Positions 20,540 to 29,513 of a stretch of 64,000 nt of DNA are shown here, piece by piece. The stretch comes from an uncultured delta proteobacterium (GTDB lineage: Bacteria; Bdellovibrionota; FAC87; UBA2466), in the NCBI GenBank assembly GCA_963778115.1, contig CAVZSV010000005.1, forward strand, positions 320,001-384,000. The letters run 5' to 3'. Within the stretch, counting starts at the first letter, position 1. Every line of letters starts with the position of its first letter. A program made the translations under genes and the position numbers. The notes beneath the pieces were generated by a model. The model ran no database searches, was not told the DNA's origin, and worked only from the letters and a program-made list of their open reading frames with translations.

Positions 20540-22459
20540 TTACGGTAAGTGGGTTTGTTTGGTGTAGCTTACTTTTTCTTTTACTAAGTGATTTTGATAC
20601 TCGCGCTCGGCTGCATTTTCCGCCGCTACTACTTCAGGATCGTTGAGCGCAGTCTTTTCGAAACCGAGACTCTCCATCTTCTTTAGATGGGCACCTAGCG
20701 CTTCGGGAGAGACCAGATAGGCCAGAAAAAAATCGGCATACTGTACCCCCACAAAGGAATACCCTAATCGTTGGACGTGGGGAACCCCTCCAAAATAGTC
20801 ATAGTTAAATTCGGATACTGAATGTTCATTTAACTTAAACTGAAGCAACACTTCTTTGAGCGGAGCTTTCGTGTAAAAATTCGTCGAATAGGTCGAATGA
20901 GGCCAAACGATGGCGGGGCGATGACGATCGATGAGGTCGAAGGGTCTAAACCTTCGCATCATACAATGTGCCGGAATTAGTAGGGGTCGGGAATAGATTT
21001 CGGGATTCGACACTCCGAAGAGATCTAACGCATCCCTATCGGCAAAGTACATCAAAGTGGAAAGCTCCGAGGAGGCAATTTCGTCGGAAGGGCGTGTCGT
21101 CATGCCTAAGTGGTGGCCTACTTTCGAGAGATCCGAAATTCTGGCATCCCCTCTGGGAAACACCCTTAATTGCGCCACTTCGTGAACCCAGGTTGCTCTT
21201 GCCGGGGTCGTAAGCGAATAAGTAAGAAAAGCTACGACCAGCGTAACTCCGGCAACGGGTCTTGTTTTAAGAGCAAGGCTATTAAAGGCATAAGAAAGGA
21301 CTGAAAACATCAGAGTCAAAAATGTCAGAGCAAAGGGGAACAGGTAGCGAATCCAATACGGAAACCAGTCTCCCCCTGAAAGATAATAAGCCAACGTAAA
21401 AACGAAACAGCATAGGGCGAAACCAAATAGCGCCAATACCTCATTGTGAGTTTTGCGCTTGGCGAGAAAGCCCCCTCGACCGATCCAGAATCCCAATATG
21501 GTGACGGGTAAAGCGAACCACAAAAATCCAAAAAATAGGTCGGAGTTTAGATTCCCAAGTCCCATCTTCAGATATTCCCAATCAAGGCTTGCTTTGTAAT
21601 GAACAGGAGCCGGAACCCAATCTCCAAAAGTATAAAAACGATACCACGCTAATATCAATGCGGGCCAAATAGCAATTCCCGCGTTCAGGGCAAACCGTCG
21701 AACGGGAAAAAAGAGCGAACTCGATCTCTTTTCCTTCCAGCGAAAGAAAGCTTCGAACGCGAGAAGAATTAAAAGAAGTCCGGTGCCTTCGAAGCGGATC
21801 ACCGGGAGCAACGACAAGAGAAAGATTCCCAAAGTTCGCTTAGGAGTTAAGAAGAGAAGGTAAAATCCCCACAAAACATCCGCGGCAAAAAAGGTGGTTC
21901 CAAACCCACTTGCCGAGTTATAGCCCAGAGCAGGGTAAAGTGATACTAAGACAACCCCCAGGTCGGCCCACCATTTTTCAGCGACCGTTTTTTGTAAAAT
22001 TCGATGTACCGCAACCAGGCATAGTATTCCCCCCAGCAGACTCTGTAGCAAACAGGACTCCACTAATGGCAAGCCTAGCTTACCTAAAACGCCGAGCAGA
22101 AAATAGACCAGAAAATCCACGGTAGCTTCCACGTTTTGAAAAATTTGGAAGGAGTAGTGACCGGAATGCACAAAATTTAAAGAATGGCGAAGGTTCGTAA
22201 AAACTTCATCCCAGGGATCATTAAGCAATATCACCCCAATAACGAATCCCAACCACATCCCTCCCTTTCGAATGAGGGAAAAGCGTTCGCATCCTTTCTT
22301 TTTCTCGAGAAACAAAGAGGTCAGCGTTAGTACTATAACCAAGGGGAAGAGGACTTTTAAAATAAGAAAAAGGCTTTGGTTCTCAAACATTCCCCCAAAA
22401 AGCGAGTCGTAAACGCTTACCGCCGGACGGGTCGTCTTATAGAGATAATCTAGTTTCAT
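20540..22459 (-). CDS. GT-C-type polytopic membrane glycosyltransferase-like protein
   Basis: Acidic first-loop motif 'DPWDEVFTNLRHSLN', 'IRFEG', 'WYRFYTFGDWVP', 'GGDWFP..RYLFP', 'LDLFG'. Confidence 0.6.
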   Translation of the reverse strand: MKLDYLYKTTRPAVSVYDSLFGGMFENQSLFLILKVLFPLVIVLTLTSLFLEKKKGCERFSLIRKGGMWLGFVIGVILLNDPWDEVFTNLRHSLNFVHSGHYSFQIFQNVEATVDFLVYFLLGVLGKLGLPLVESCLLQSLLGGILCLVAVHRILQKTVAEKWWADLGVVLVSLYPALGYNSASGFGTTFFAADVLWGFYLLFLTPKRTLGIFLLSLLPVIRFEGTGLLLILLAFEAFFRWKEKRSSSLFFPVRRFALNAGIAIWPALILAWYRFYTFGDWVPAPVHYKASLDWEYLKMGLGNLNSDLFFGFLWFALPVTILGFWIGRGGFLAKRKTHNEVLALFGFALCCFVFTLAYYLSGGDWFPYWIRYLFPFALTFLTLMFSVLSYAFNSLALKTRPVAGVTLVVAFLTYSLTTPARATWVHEVAQLRVFPRGDARISDLSKVGHHLGMTTRPSDEIASSELSTLMYFADRDALDLFGVSNPEIYSRPLLIPAHCMMRRFRPFDLIDRHRPAIVWPHSTYSTNFYTKAPLKEVLLQFKLNEHSVSEFNYDYFGGVPHVQRLGYSFVGVQYADFFLAYLVSPEALGAHLKKMESLGFEKTALNDPEVVAAENAAEREYQNHLVKEKVSYTKQTHLP

Positions 22460-22571
22460 GAGTGTGTTTTTTGGGTAAGTATACCATTTCTTATCTGTTA
22501 GCGGGTTTCCACTCTGCCGGCCAAACCGCTATCTCGGTGCATAAGCGAGGCCTCCGAGGTATAATTTTCAT

Positions 22572-24185
22572 GTGAATTCGCCAAAATTTTGGCTTCGTGC
22601 ATTACCGATACTCATTCCCTTTCTTATTCTTATAGGTACGGGTCTTCGCGGCATCGATTTCGGCTATCACTGGGACGAAATCCCCTACCAGCTAAAGCCG
22701 GTTCAACAAATGGCGGAGACCGGTACCTTTTTACCCAATTTCTACCTCTATCCGTCAGTAACTTACTATCTGACGCTTGCCACCGTTGGGCTAGATTTTA
22801 TAAGAGAAAAGGTTCAAGGAAGAGTAGGGATTAAAGATAAGATCATCTCTGACATTACCTCGATGAAATTTTTGGTAAGGGATAGAGTTTGGTTTCTATT
22901 TCTCTCTTCACTCTCTCTTTTTTGGGTCTATTTTCTGGTTCTTTTCTGGAGAAACTCTGTCTTTGAAGCATTTACCGCTTCTTGCCTTCTGGCCTTTTCC
23001 TGGGAAGTCGCTTACCACTGCAGGTGGGTAGCTGCGGATGCTCTAGTCATGACTTTCGGTGCCGCGACCCTGTTTTTTTGCATACTCCAATTTCGCACTC
23101 ATGACAAAAAAGCTAACACTCACAAAGATTGGCTCACCGTTGCCGCGGTTTTTGCCGGGATTGCCACGGGAACCAAGTACCCTGGCGCGCTGCTACTGAT
23201 TGTCGTATGGGTAAGCGCTTGGTACGACAACCGAACTATAATTCGTGGATTTGAGGGAGTACAGCTACTAACCAAGCGTTGGGTAAAGTTAGGAGCCATC
23301 GCTTTTGGAATCTATCTGATTTCAACACCGGGAACTTTTCTGCAGCCTAAGTGGTTTTACTACTGGGTAAATTATATTTCCGATCACTATCGCAATGGAC
23401 CACATTGGGGATATATGACCCCTTCGGGAATTCCCCATTTAGCCCGCATGGTGACTTATCTTTTTTTCGTTTTCTATTCTCACTTTACCCCGCTTGCCGT
23501 ATTTCTTTCCGTTTGTACGATCTTAGGAGCCATAGTTTTATTTCGTGAAGATAGAAGGTTCATCGTTCCTTCGGTTACATTTATCGTCTGTTATTTACTT
23601 TATTTCAGCCATCAAAGAGTGATGATTGTTCGTAACCTTTTAGTGCTAGCTCCGTTCTTTGTGATTATGGCAGCCCACGGGGTAAGCTGGATTGTCTATC
23701 AATTTCCCTTGGACTTAAGAAAATACGCCAAGGCCGCTTTTCTTTTAATTTGCATCGTTCCGAACGCCGCATGGCTATTTACTACGGCAGAAACCATTCA
23801 TCATCGTCACGATAGAGACTTCGTCGGGGAGGCCGCGACCTATATCAATTCCCATACGGACTCGGCTTTTCTGGGAAAAGGGCTCTCGGCCGTTTTTCAA
23901 AATAGGGGATTAAAAATTTCACATCCCTCCGACAATCCCGAAACCGCCAGCGAAATTGTAGCCTTCATCAGCGACTTTGAAAATTCTCCCATCGACTGGC
24001 CGGCTAATCGCTTCCACCAATTCACCAGGTGGTTTGGACCCTACGACGCTAACTTGGACTATTATCCTACGTGGAACAACGGGGACGATAGAATTGTCGT
24101 CTTGTCGTCCGAGCAGTGGCGACGGTCTGGAATGTTATTAATTCGTCCCTCCAGCGGAACTAAGGTAAGTCTTCTTACTCCCTGA
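22572..24185 (+). CDS. ArnT/PMT-family (GT-C) glycosyltransferase
   Basis: 'GIDFGYHWDE', 'GIATGTKYPG', 'RNLLVLAPF', multiple TM segments. Confidence 0.75.
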   Translation: MNSPKFWLRALPILIPFLILIGTGLRGIDFGYHWDEIPYQLKPVQQMAETGTFLPNFYLYPSVTYYLTLATVGLDFIREKVQGRVGIKDKIISDITSMKFLVRDRVWFLFLSSLSLFWVYFLVLFWRNSVFEAFTASCLLAFSWEVAYHCRWVAADALVMTFGAATLFFCILQFRTHDKKANTHKDWLTVAAVFAGIATGTKYPGALLLIVVWVSAWYDNRTIIRGFEGVQLLTKRWVKLGAIAFGIYLISTPGTFLQPKWFYYWVNYISDHYRNGPHWGYMTPSGIPHLARMVTYLFFVFYSHFTPLAVFLSVCTILGAIVLFREDRRFIVPSVTFIVCYLLYFSHQRVMIVRNLLVLAPFFVIMAAHGVSWIVYQFPLDLRKYAKAAFLLICIVPNAAWLFTTAETIHHRHDRDFVGEAATYINSHTDSAFLGKGLSAVFQNRGLKISHPSDNPETASEIVAFISDFENSPIDWPANRFHQFTRWFGPYDANLDYYPTWNNGDDRIVVLSSEQWRRSGMLLIRPSSGTKVSLLTP

Positions 24186-24323
24186 AGCTTGTCTTATCTT
24201 TACTCTACTCATTCCTTTCATGATGCATCGCAACTAACATTGTGAGATTTTCTTAACTTTTGATCCTGTGACGCCGAAAAGAGGTAGGGACCCACTCCCA
24301 TTTTGCTCACAGGAGCTCACGGC

Positions 24324-25733
24324 GTGATCAAGGCAATCATCTTTGATTTAGACGGCGTTCTAGTCGACGCCGTGGAATGGCATTATTTAGCGTTTAATCG
24401 GGCGTTGCGGCTCTTTGGATACCAAATCGAGCCGCAAGAACACAGTTCTCTTTACAACGGCCTTCCCACGGCAGTAAAATTGGAACTATTATCGCAGCGA
24501 GTCGGTTTTCCCACGCAGTTACACGGCTTCGTCAACCAGATGAAGCAGAAATACACGATCCAGCTTATCGAGAACTCCTGCCACCCCCGCCAAGAACTTC
24601 TAGGGCTGCTCAATTACATGAAGGGACAGGGGTACCGTTTTGCCGTTGCTTCAAATAGCATTCGTGCAACCGTAGAAATGATGTTGGATAAGATGGGAAT
24701 TCGAAATCACTTCGAAGTCGTTCTTTCCAACGAAGACGTGAAACGACCCAAACCGGAGCCTGAGATCTACCAAAAATGCATGGAGCGCTTAGGCGTGACA
24801 CCCGAAGAGGTGATGATTATCGAGGACTCCATTCCCGGAATTCAGGCCGCCAGGAAAGCAACAGAAAATGTAATGATCGTCGCTGGTCCCCACGAAGTTA
24901 CCCAAGACTTTGTTTGGAAGAACATTAAATTCTTCAATGACAGACGAAAAGCAAAAGCTGCCCCGGGAGATCCCGCGCAGACAAAGTTTACTCCTAACAC
25001 GGTAGAGATCGTCATTCCCATGGCGGGTTTGGGACAACGCTTCTCAGCAGCGGGATACGCCAAGCCCAAACCCATGATCGATGTCTTGGACAAACCCATG
25101 ATTCAGTGGGTGGTGGAGAATATTAGGCCAAAGAGCGTCCCTTCCCATTTTAATTTCATCTGTAATCGCAGCCATATCGAGGAATACCAGTTAGATAAAT
25201 TTTTAGCGCGCTTGGCTCCCGGCTGTAACATCATCTCAGTACCTGGAGTTACCGAAGGAGCTGCTTGCACTATTCTGTTGGCAAAGGAATTCATCAATAA
25301 CCACCGTCCTTTGATCATTGCGAATTCGGACCAATGGGTGGAAGTCTCTATCGACGAATTTGTTACCCTAGCCAAACGCGACAAGAGAGATGGCTTGATT
25401 ATGACCTTTCATGCCACTGAAAAGAAATGGAGTTACGCTAAAGTCGACGATACGGGAAAGGTAACCCAAGTCGCCGAAAAAAATCCCATTAGCGATCATG
25501 CGACCGTAGGTATCTACTATTTCAATCAAGGGCGAGATTTTATTGATGCGGCCGAAGAGATGATTCGCCGTGATATTCGCACGAACGGAGAATTCTACGT
25601 CTGCCCGGTCTACAACCAGCTAATCGAACAGGGCAAGAATAACGCCATTCACGAGATCCAACGCGGACAGATGCATGGCTTGGGAACCCCGGAAGATCTG
25701 ACGGTCTTTATTTCTTGGAAGCAGGCCGCCTAA
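24324..25733 (+). CDS. HAD phosphatase fused to a sugar-nucleotidyltransferase-like domain
   Basis: HAD motifs IIFDLDGVL, KPEPEIY, IIEDS. C-terminal domain IVIPMAGLGQRF...PKP, TEGAACT, EK, GLGTPEDL. GTG at 24324 follows an AGGAG RBS. Confidence 0.87.
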   Translation: MIKAIIFDLDGVLVDAVEWHYLAFNRALRLFGYQIEPQEHSSLYNGLPTAVKLELLSQRVGFPTQLHGFVNQMKQKYTIQLIENSCHPRQELLGLLNYMKGQGYRFAVASNSIRATVEMMLDKMGIRNHFEVVLSNEDVKRPKPEPEIYQKCMERLGVTPEEVMIIEDSIPGIQAARKATENVMIVAGPHEVTQDFVWKNIKFFNDRRKAKAAPGDPAQTKFTPNTVEIVIPMAGLGQRFSAAGYAKPKPMIDVLDKPMIQWVVENIRPKSVPSHFNFICNRSHIEEYQLDKFLARLAPGCNIISVPGVTEGAACTILLAKEFINNHRPLIIANSDQWVEVSIDEFVTLAKRDKRDGLIMTFHATEKKWSYAKVDDTGKVTQVAEKNPISDHATVGIYYFNQGRDFIDAAEEMIRRDIRTNGEFYVCPVYNQLIEQGKNNAIHEIQRGQMHGLGTPEDLTVFISWKQAA

Positions 25734-25742
25734 ACGCTTTGG

Positions 25743-27629
25743 CTATTTGCTAATCTTTTTCGGTTGCTGATCGGGAGTAAAGAACGGCCCCACAAAGTCT
25801 GCTAGAGTCTCTGTGGACTGATCGATAGTCTTCTTATCGACGGTCCAAGCACTGGCCAACTCGCTTCGCTTTTGTCCATTGTCTTGCACATTGTAATTGA
25901 ATCCCGCATACAACTGGTTCTGATCGTTCCATCCGCCCTTGGGAGCAGAAGAAGCAATAAAATGAACTCCCAAACCTGTGTCTCCCAAATATTTTTCACT
26001 TATCGCCTGAACCGCAACTTCGCCGGCGCGAAGGGCATCCTCGGCTCCTACGTCCACTTGTTGGCGCGCCAGTTGATATGCCGTCTCGTAAGCCTGGGTT
26101 CCGTAAGTACCATAACGAGATTGAAAGATAGGTTTTTTGTGATAATAGTCCCATCCTATTTGGAAGTAGGCCGATTTGGCTTTGTTCTGAACCGCATCCA
26201 GCGCCCCTTGCTCTGCTCCAGCGTTAATATCTCTCATGTTCGCTTTCGCTTCCCCTCTGGCTACCCTAGTAGCAAAACGACGAATAGGGCCAGGTCTTCC
26301 ATTCCAGGTGCGTCCGTAGTGCGAGGCCTCCAGATTGGCGGTGTCATAAGCCTGCTTCGTCGATTGTGTCTTGGCTTCTTGTCGGATCTCATTTTGCACG
26401 ACAGGGCTTTGCTTAACAGCCACCCCTACCCACTGCGAAAGCATCTTCTTAAGGGAATCTCTATCGGCAAAGACGGTCGCTTTGATTTTATCCGGGCCAA
26501 CCGCATCCGCCATGTTTAGAAATTGTTGAAGCTTCCCACGATCTTTTGAAAGAAGATTCCCGTGCTTTTGGTCCCATTCCCTAACGGCATCTACAAAATC
26601 TCCAATGGATTTTTTGTTTCCCTTTGCCATGTTTAGAAACTGCGAGGAATTCCTGTCGATCCACCTCTTGCCCTCATCAGACTCGATAAACCTCTTTCCC
26701 ACACCAGTAACGCTTTCTATAATGTGGGGTCCTAAGACCAGGGCTGCTTTAATTCCCCCTTCTTTCGAAGCGGTATCAATGACCCCGTACACCGCGGCGG
26801 CCATGGCTACTCGGAAATCGAAGCTAGTGGGGTCGGATTTGCTCATTTGGCTTACTAGGGCAGGTAACTTTTTCTCTATGGCACTAAGAAAAGACTCCCC
26901 AAATCGTTTTGCTAGCGAATCTTCGGGAATCGCTTCAATGACAGCACGCAGATCTTCTACCTTTAGTAGATGAAGTGCTTTCATGACGGCTTTCAATTGA
27001 AACGGAGTTAACCCTCCCTTGGCAAGATTCTCCAAAGCTTTATCTAAAGTTCTAATCGGCCCCAAATCATTTTCCAAAGCTAGCGGCTGCCCGTCTTTTT
27101 GGTTTAATAGCCGCTTAGCTACGATGGCCGCGCGCAGATCATGTTCGTATTTTCTTGTTCTTTCCTTATCAGCCCAATAGTTCTTAACCGCTTGATCCGC
27201 ATGACTTGCAGCCGATTTTTCGTCGTAGCCCGCTTTCCGGTAGTACTTGATATAGTCTTCGCGAAAAATGGCGTTCTTTTCTTTCCACAACTCTTGGACG
27301 TCAAAAGCCTCTACGGACTGGATCTCTTTTTCGCTGATGGTCTTTGCTAGAGGATCGGCAAACTCCGCGATAATCGCCTTTTCGTAAATTTCACGAGCTT
27401 TCTCGGTAAGGCGATTTTGAGGATTAGTCTGGGAAGTAGGCGTGGTCACCGCGGAAGTAGAATTGCTACCGTTCTCAGAATGTTCTTTTGCCGCCCACGC
27501 CGAAGTATTGAAAGAAAATAGGAGTACGCAAAGAGCAACGCCACTTGCTCCTAATCTACTGCGCACTTTCGGTATACCTAAATTAATCATCTCTGGTGAC
27601 CCACGTTGCTTGTTCAAATGCAACTCCAA
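25743..27629 (-). CDS. Secreted alpha-helical hypothetical protein
   Basis: 628-aa ORF with a signal peptide ending SAWA. Start uncertain. Confidence 0.65.
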   Translation of the reverse strand: MELHLNKQRGSPEMINLGIPKVRSRLGASGVALCVLLFSFNTSAWAAKEHSENGSNSTSAVTTPTSQTNPQNRLTEKAREIYEKAIIAEFADPLAKTISEKEIQSVEAFDVQELWKEKNAIFREDYIKYYRKAGYDEKSAASHADQAVKNYWADKERTRKYEHDLRAAIVAKRLLNQKDGQPLALENDLGPIRTLDKALENLAKGGLTPFQLKAVMKALHLLKVEDLRAVIEAIPEDSLAKRFGESFLSAIEKKLPALVSQMSKSDPTSFDFRVAMAAAVYGVIDTASKEGGIKAALVLGPHIIESVTGVGKRFIESDEGKRWIDRNSSQFLNMAKGNKKSIGDFVDAVREWDQKHGNLLSKDRGKLQQFLNMADAVGPDKIKATVFADRDSLKKMLSQWVGVAVKQSPVVQNEIRQEAKTQSTKQAYDTANLEASHYGRTWNGRPGPIRRFATRVARGEAKANMRDINAGAEQGALDAVQNKAKSAYFQIGWDYYHKKPIFQSRYGTYGTQAYETAYQLARQQVDVGAEDALRAGEVAVQAISEKYLGDTGLGVHFIASSAPKGGWNDQNQLYAGFNYNVQDNGQKRSELASAWTVDKKTIDQSTETLADFVGPFFTPDQQPKKISK

Positions 27630-27764
27630 GGCCGACGGTTTTTGAGGCTGACGGGAGCGTTGGTGATGTTACTTATTAGACAGGCAAGGGCGACCACTGC
27701 AGGTATTCACGAAGAGCGCTTTGTTAGGGCTTGGTAAGCGAACCGCTAACCACCGGCAGAAATA

Positions 27765-28100
27765 CTACGAGTGTCCGCAACCAGACCCCGCTGCGGTAAC
27801 CGTTTTTATGGCCCCCTCTTTATCGACAAGCCAGTGGGTCTCGCAGGAAGCAGAATGAGGGTTTAGGGTATCCATTCCATATCCGCCGTAAGCGGGTTCA
27901 TAGAACTGAGAAGTTTTCTCGTAGAAATATTCTTTCTCGCCCGAAGGAAGTTCTGAAATCTTAGAGGGCGGCCCCCAAACCGCCACGAGGCCGGTTACGG
28001 GTTTTCCGATCCAAGGATTAAGGCTTGAGGTATAACGCTCGCTGGTCGAAGCACAGCCCACCACTACCAATAACGCGATAAGACAAACTCTAAAACTCAT
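27765..28100 (-). CDS. Small lipoprotein
   Basis: Lipobox VVVG-C and 'WIGKPVTGLVAVWGPP'. Confidence 0.7.
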   Translation of the reverse strand: MSFRVCLIALLVVVGCASTSERYTSSLNPWIGKPVTGLVAVWGPPSKISELPSGEKEYFYEKTSQFYEPAYGGYGMDTLNPHSASCETHWLVDKEGAIKTVTAAGSGCGHS

Positions 28101-28271
28101 ACCTTGTCATCGGTATGTACGTACAAATCTATAAGCCTTACTTGCGATGCGTCATACTTCATACTAGTACGTCGTAGGAGAGGGCTCGTTAACCCACTAG
28201 AACAGTTGAGTTTTCCATGCCTTCCATCAATTTTTTAGGATTACACATTATTCTGATAGCGGAGAGAAATT

Positions 28272-28994
28272 GTGAAGGAACGTTTGCTTATACTATCCTA
28301 CGCTGCTCAGTCGTCGACGCAAGCCGGTCACAATCAAATGGGTTGGATAGCGCAGCTGTCTCAATCGTTTGGTAACACAAAGATGCTTCCCATGACTATC
28401 GGCAGCGAAACAGAAACCTCACTCGAGATCCAAGACTTCATTCCTGAGTTTGTGGTCATCATAGAACCCAATTCCCAAAGCACCTCTCGACTTTGCACCC
28501 GGATCCGCGCTCTGAGTTCAGCGCCTATTTTGGTAATTTTACAAAATGGTACCGCCGAGGAGAGAATTGCAGGATACGATTGCGGGGTTGACCTGTATTT
28601 GAATAGCCCTTGCGATCCCGGAGAGCTTCGAGCTGCTCTAGCTGCCGTTGCTAGACGATCCCGGACGTCTTCCCATACTAGAATCCTTCGTTTCGAGGGA
28701 TTGGAAATAGATTTCGAGCGCCGCTCGGTCATTATCGATGGAAGTCCCATCTCCTTAACGATGATCGAATTTGAAGTACTGAAATTTTTTGCAGAGAATC
28801 GAGGCCAAGTCCTCGATCGCGAGACGCTTTTCCAAAGACTGGCGGGAACGACTACGGAGCCTCATATGGGCCGTTCCATAGACGTCTTAGTAAGTCGCCT
28901 TCGTCAAAAGCTTCAAGACGATCCCAACCGACCCCGCTTCGTAAGAACGGTCAGACATCTAGGTTACACTTTCATCGCTACCCCTCGAGCCTAG
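28272..28994 (+). CDS. OmpR/PhoB-family response regulator with an atypical receiver domain
   Basis: Winged helix 'LTMIEFEVL...RSIDVLVSRLRQKL...RTVRHLGY'. The receiver lacks the canonical acidic residues. Confidence 0.88.
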   Translation: MKERLLILSYAAQSSTQAGHNQMGWIAQLSQSFGNTKMLPMTIGSETETSLEIQDFIPEFVVIIEPNSQSTSRLCTRIRALSSAPILVILQNGTAEERIAGYDCGVDLYLNSPCDPGELRAALAAVARRSRTSSHTRILRFEGLEIDFERRSVIIDGSPISLTMIEFEVLKFFAENRGQVLDRETLFQRLAGTTTEPHMGRSIDVLVSRLRQKLQDDPNRPRFVRTVRHLGYTFIATPRA

Positions 28995-29136
28995 CCGAAT
29001 TTCCGACACACTTCAGCAATGCTTAGATTTAAATCCTTCCATAACGCGACGAGGAAAGAGCTCGAGCGCGTCTTAATCTCTTAGCGAAGTGGTCTAAAAG
29101 CACGGCAGGATCTAATCAGGACAACCGATAACAAAA

Positions 29137-29165
29137 CCACGAGAAACCCATCACTTTTCTCGTGG
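29137..29165. promoter_or_regulatory. Perfect 10-bp inverted repeat upstream of the adhesin gene
   Basis: CCACGAGAAA-N9-TTTCTCGTGG, followed by TTGTAA-N15-TTACAA at 29171-29197. Confidence 0.35.
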
Positions 29166-29513
29166 GAAAGTTGTAATATGTAGCTTAATCGTTACAAAAA
29201 AATAAGACTTAAAAAGGCCCAAGTACAGAAACCAAAGAGCCAAAACGGCAATCGAATCGGATGGCCCAGTTAAAGAAGCCGAAAGGATCTCCGATACCTT
29301 AATCGGGCATTGGTCGTTCCGTCGGCACAACGACATCTCAACGCATCGCGCGTCAAGGATCGTTTTCTCGGTTCAGATTCTCGTGTGCTCTTAGGGCTGA
29401 GCTTTAATTTCTAAAAACAGATTTTAGAATGGAATTAAATCCATTCACTAACAAACAAGATTTTCGTCTGAAGGGCGATGTTGTGGCCTTTCGGTCTCAA
29501 AGGGGGAGGGGCC

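Noticed and set aside
25872..26519. 215-aa plus-strand ORF
   Set aside because: Antisense shadow of the 628-aa minus-strand gene, with no recognisable motifs.
10181..28100. Prophage or ICE downstream of the recombinase
   Set aside because: No phage, conjugation, excisionase or replication genes, no adjacent tRNA, and no second att site seen.
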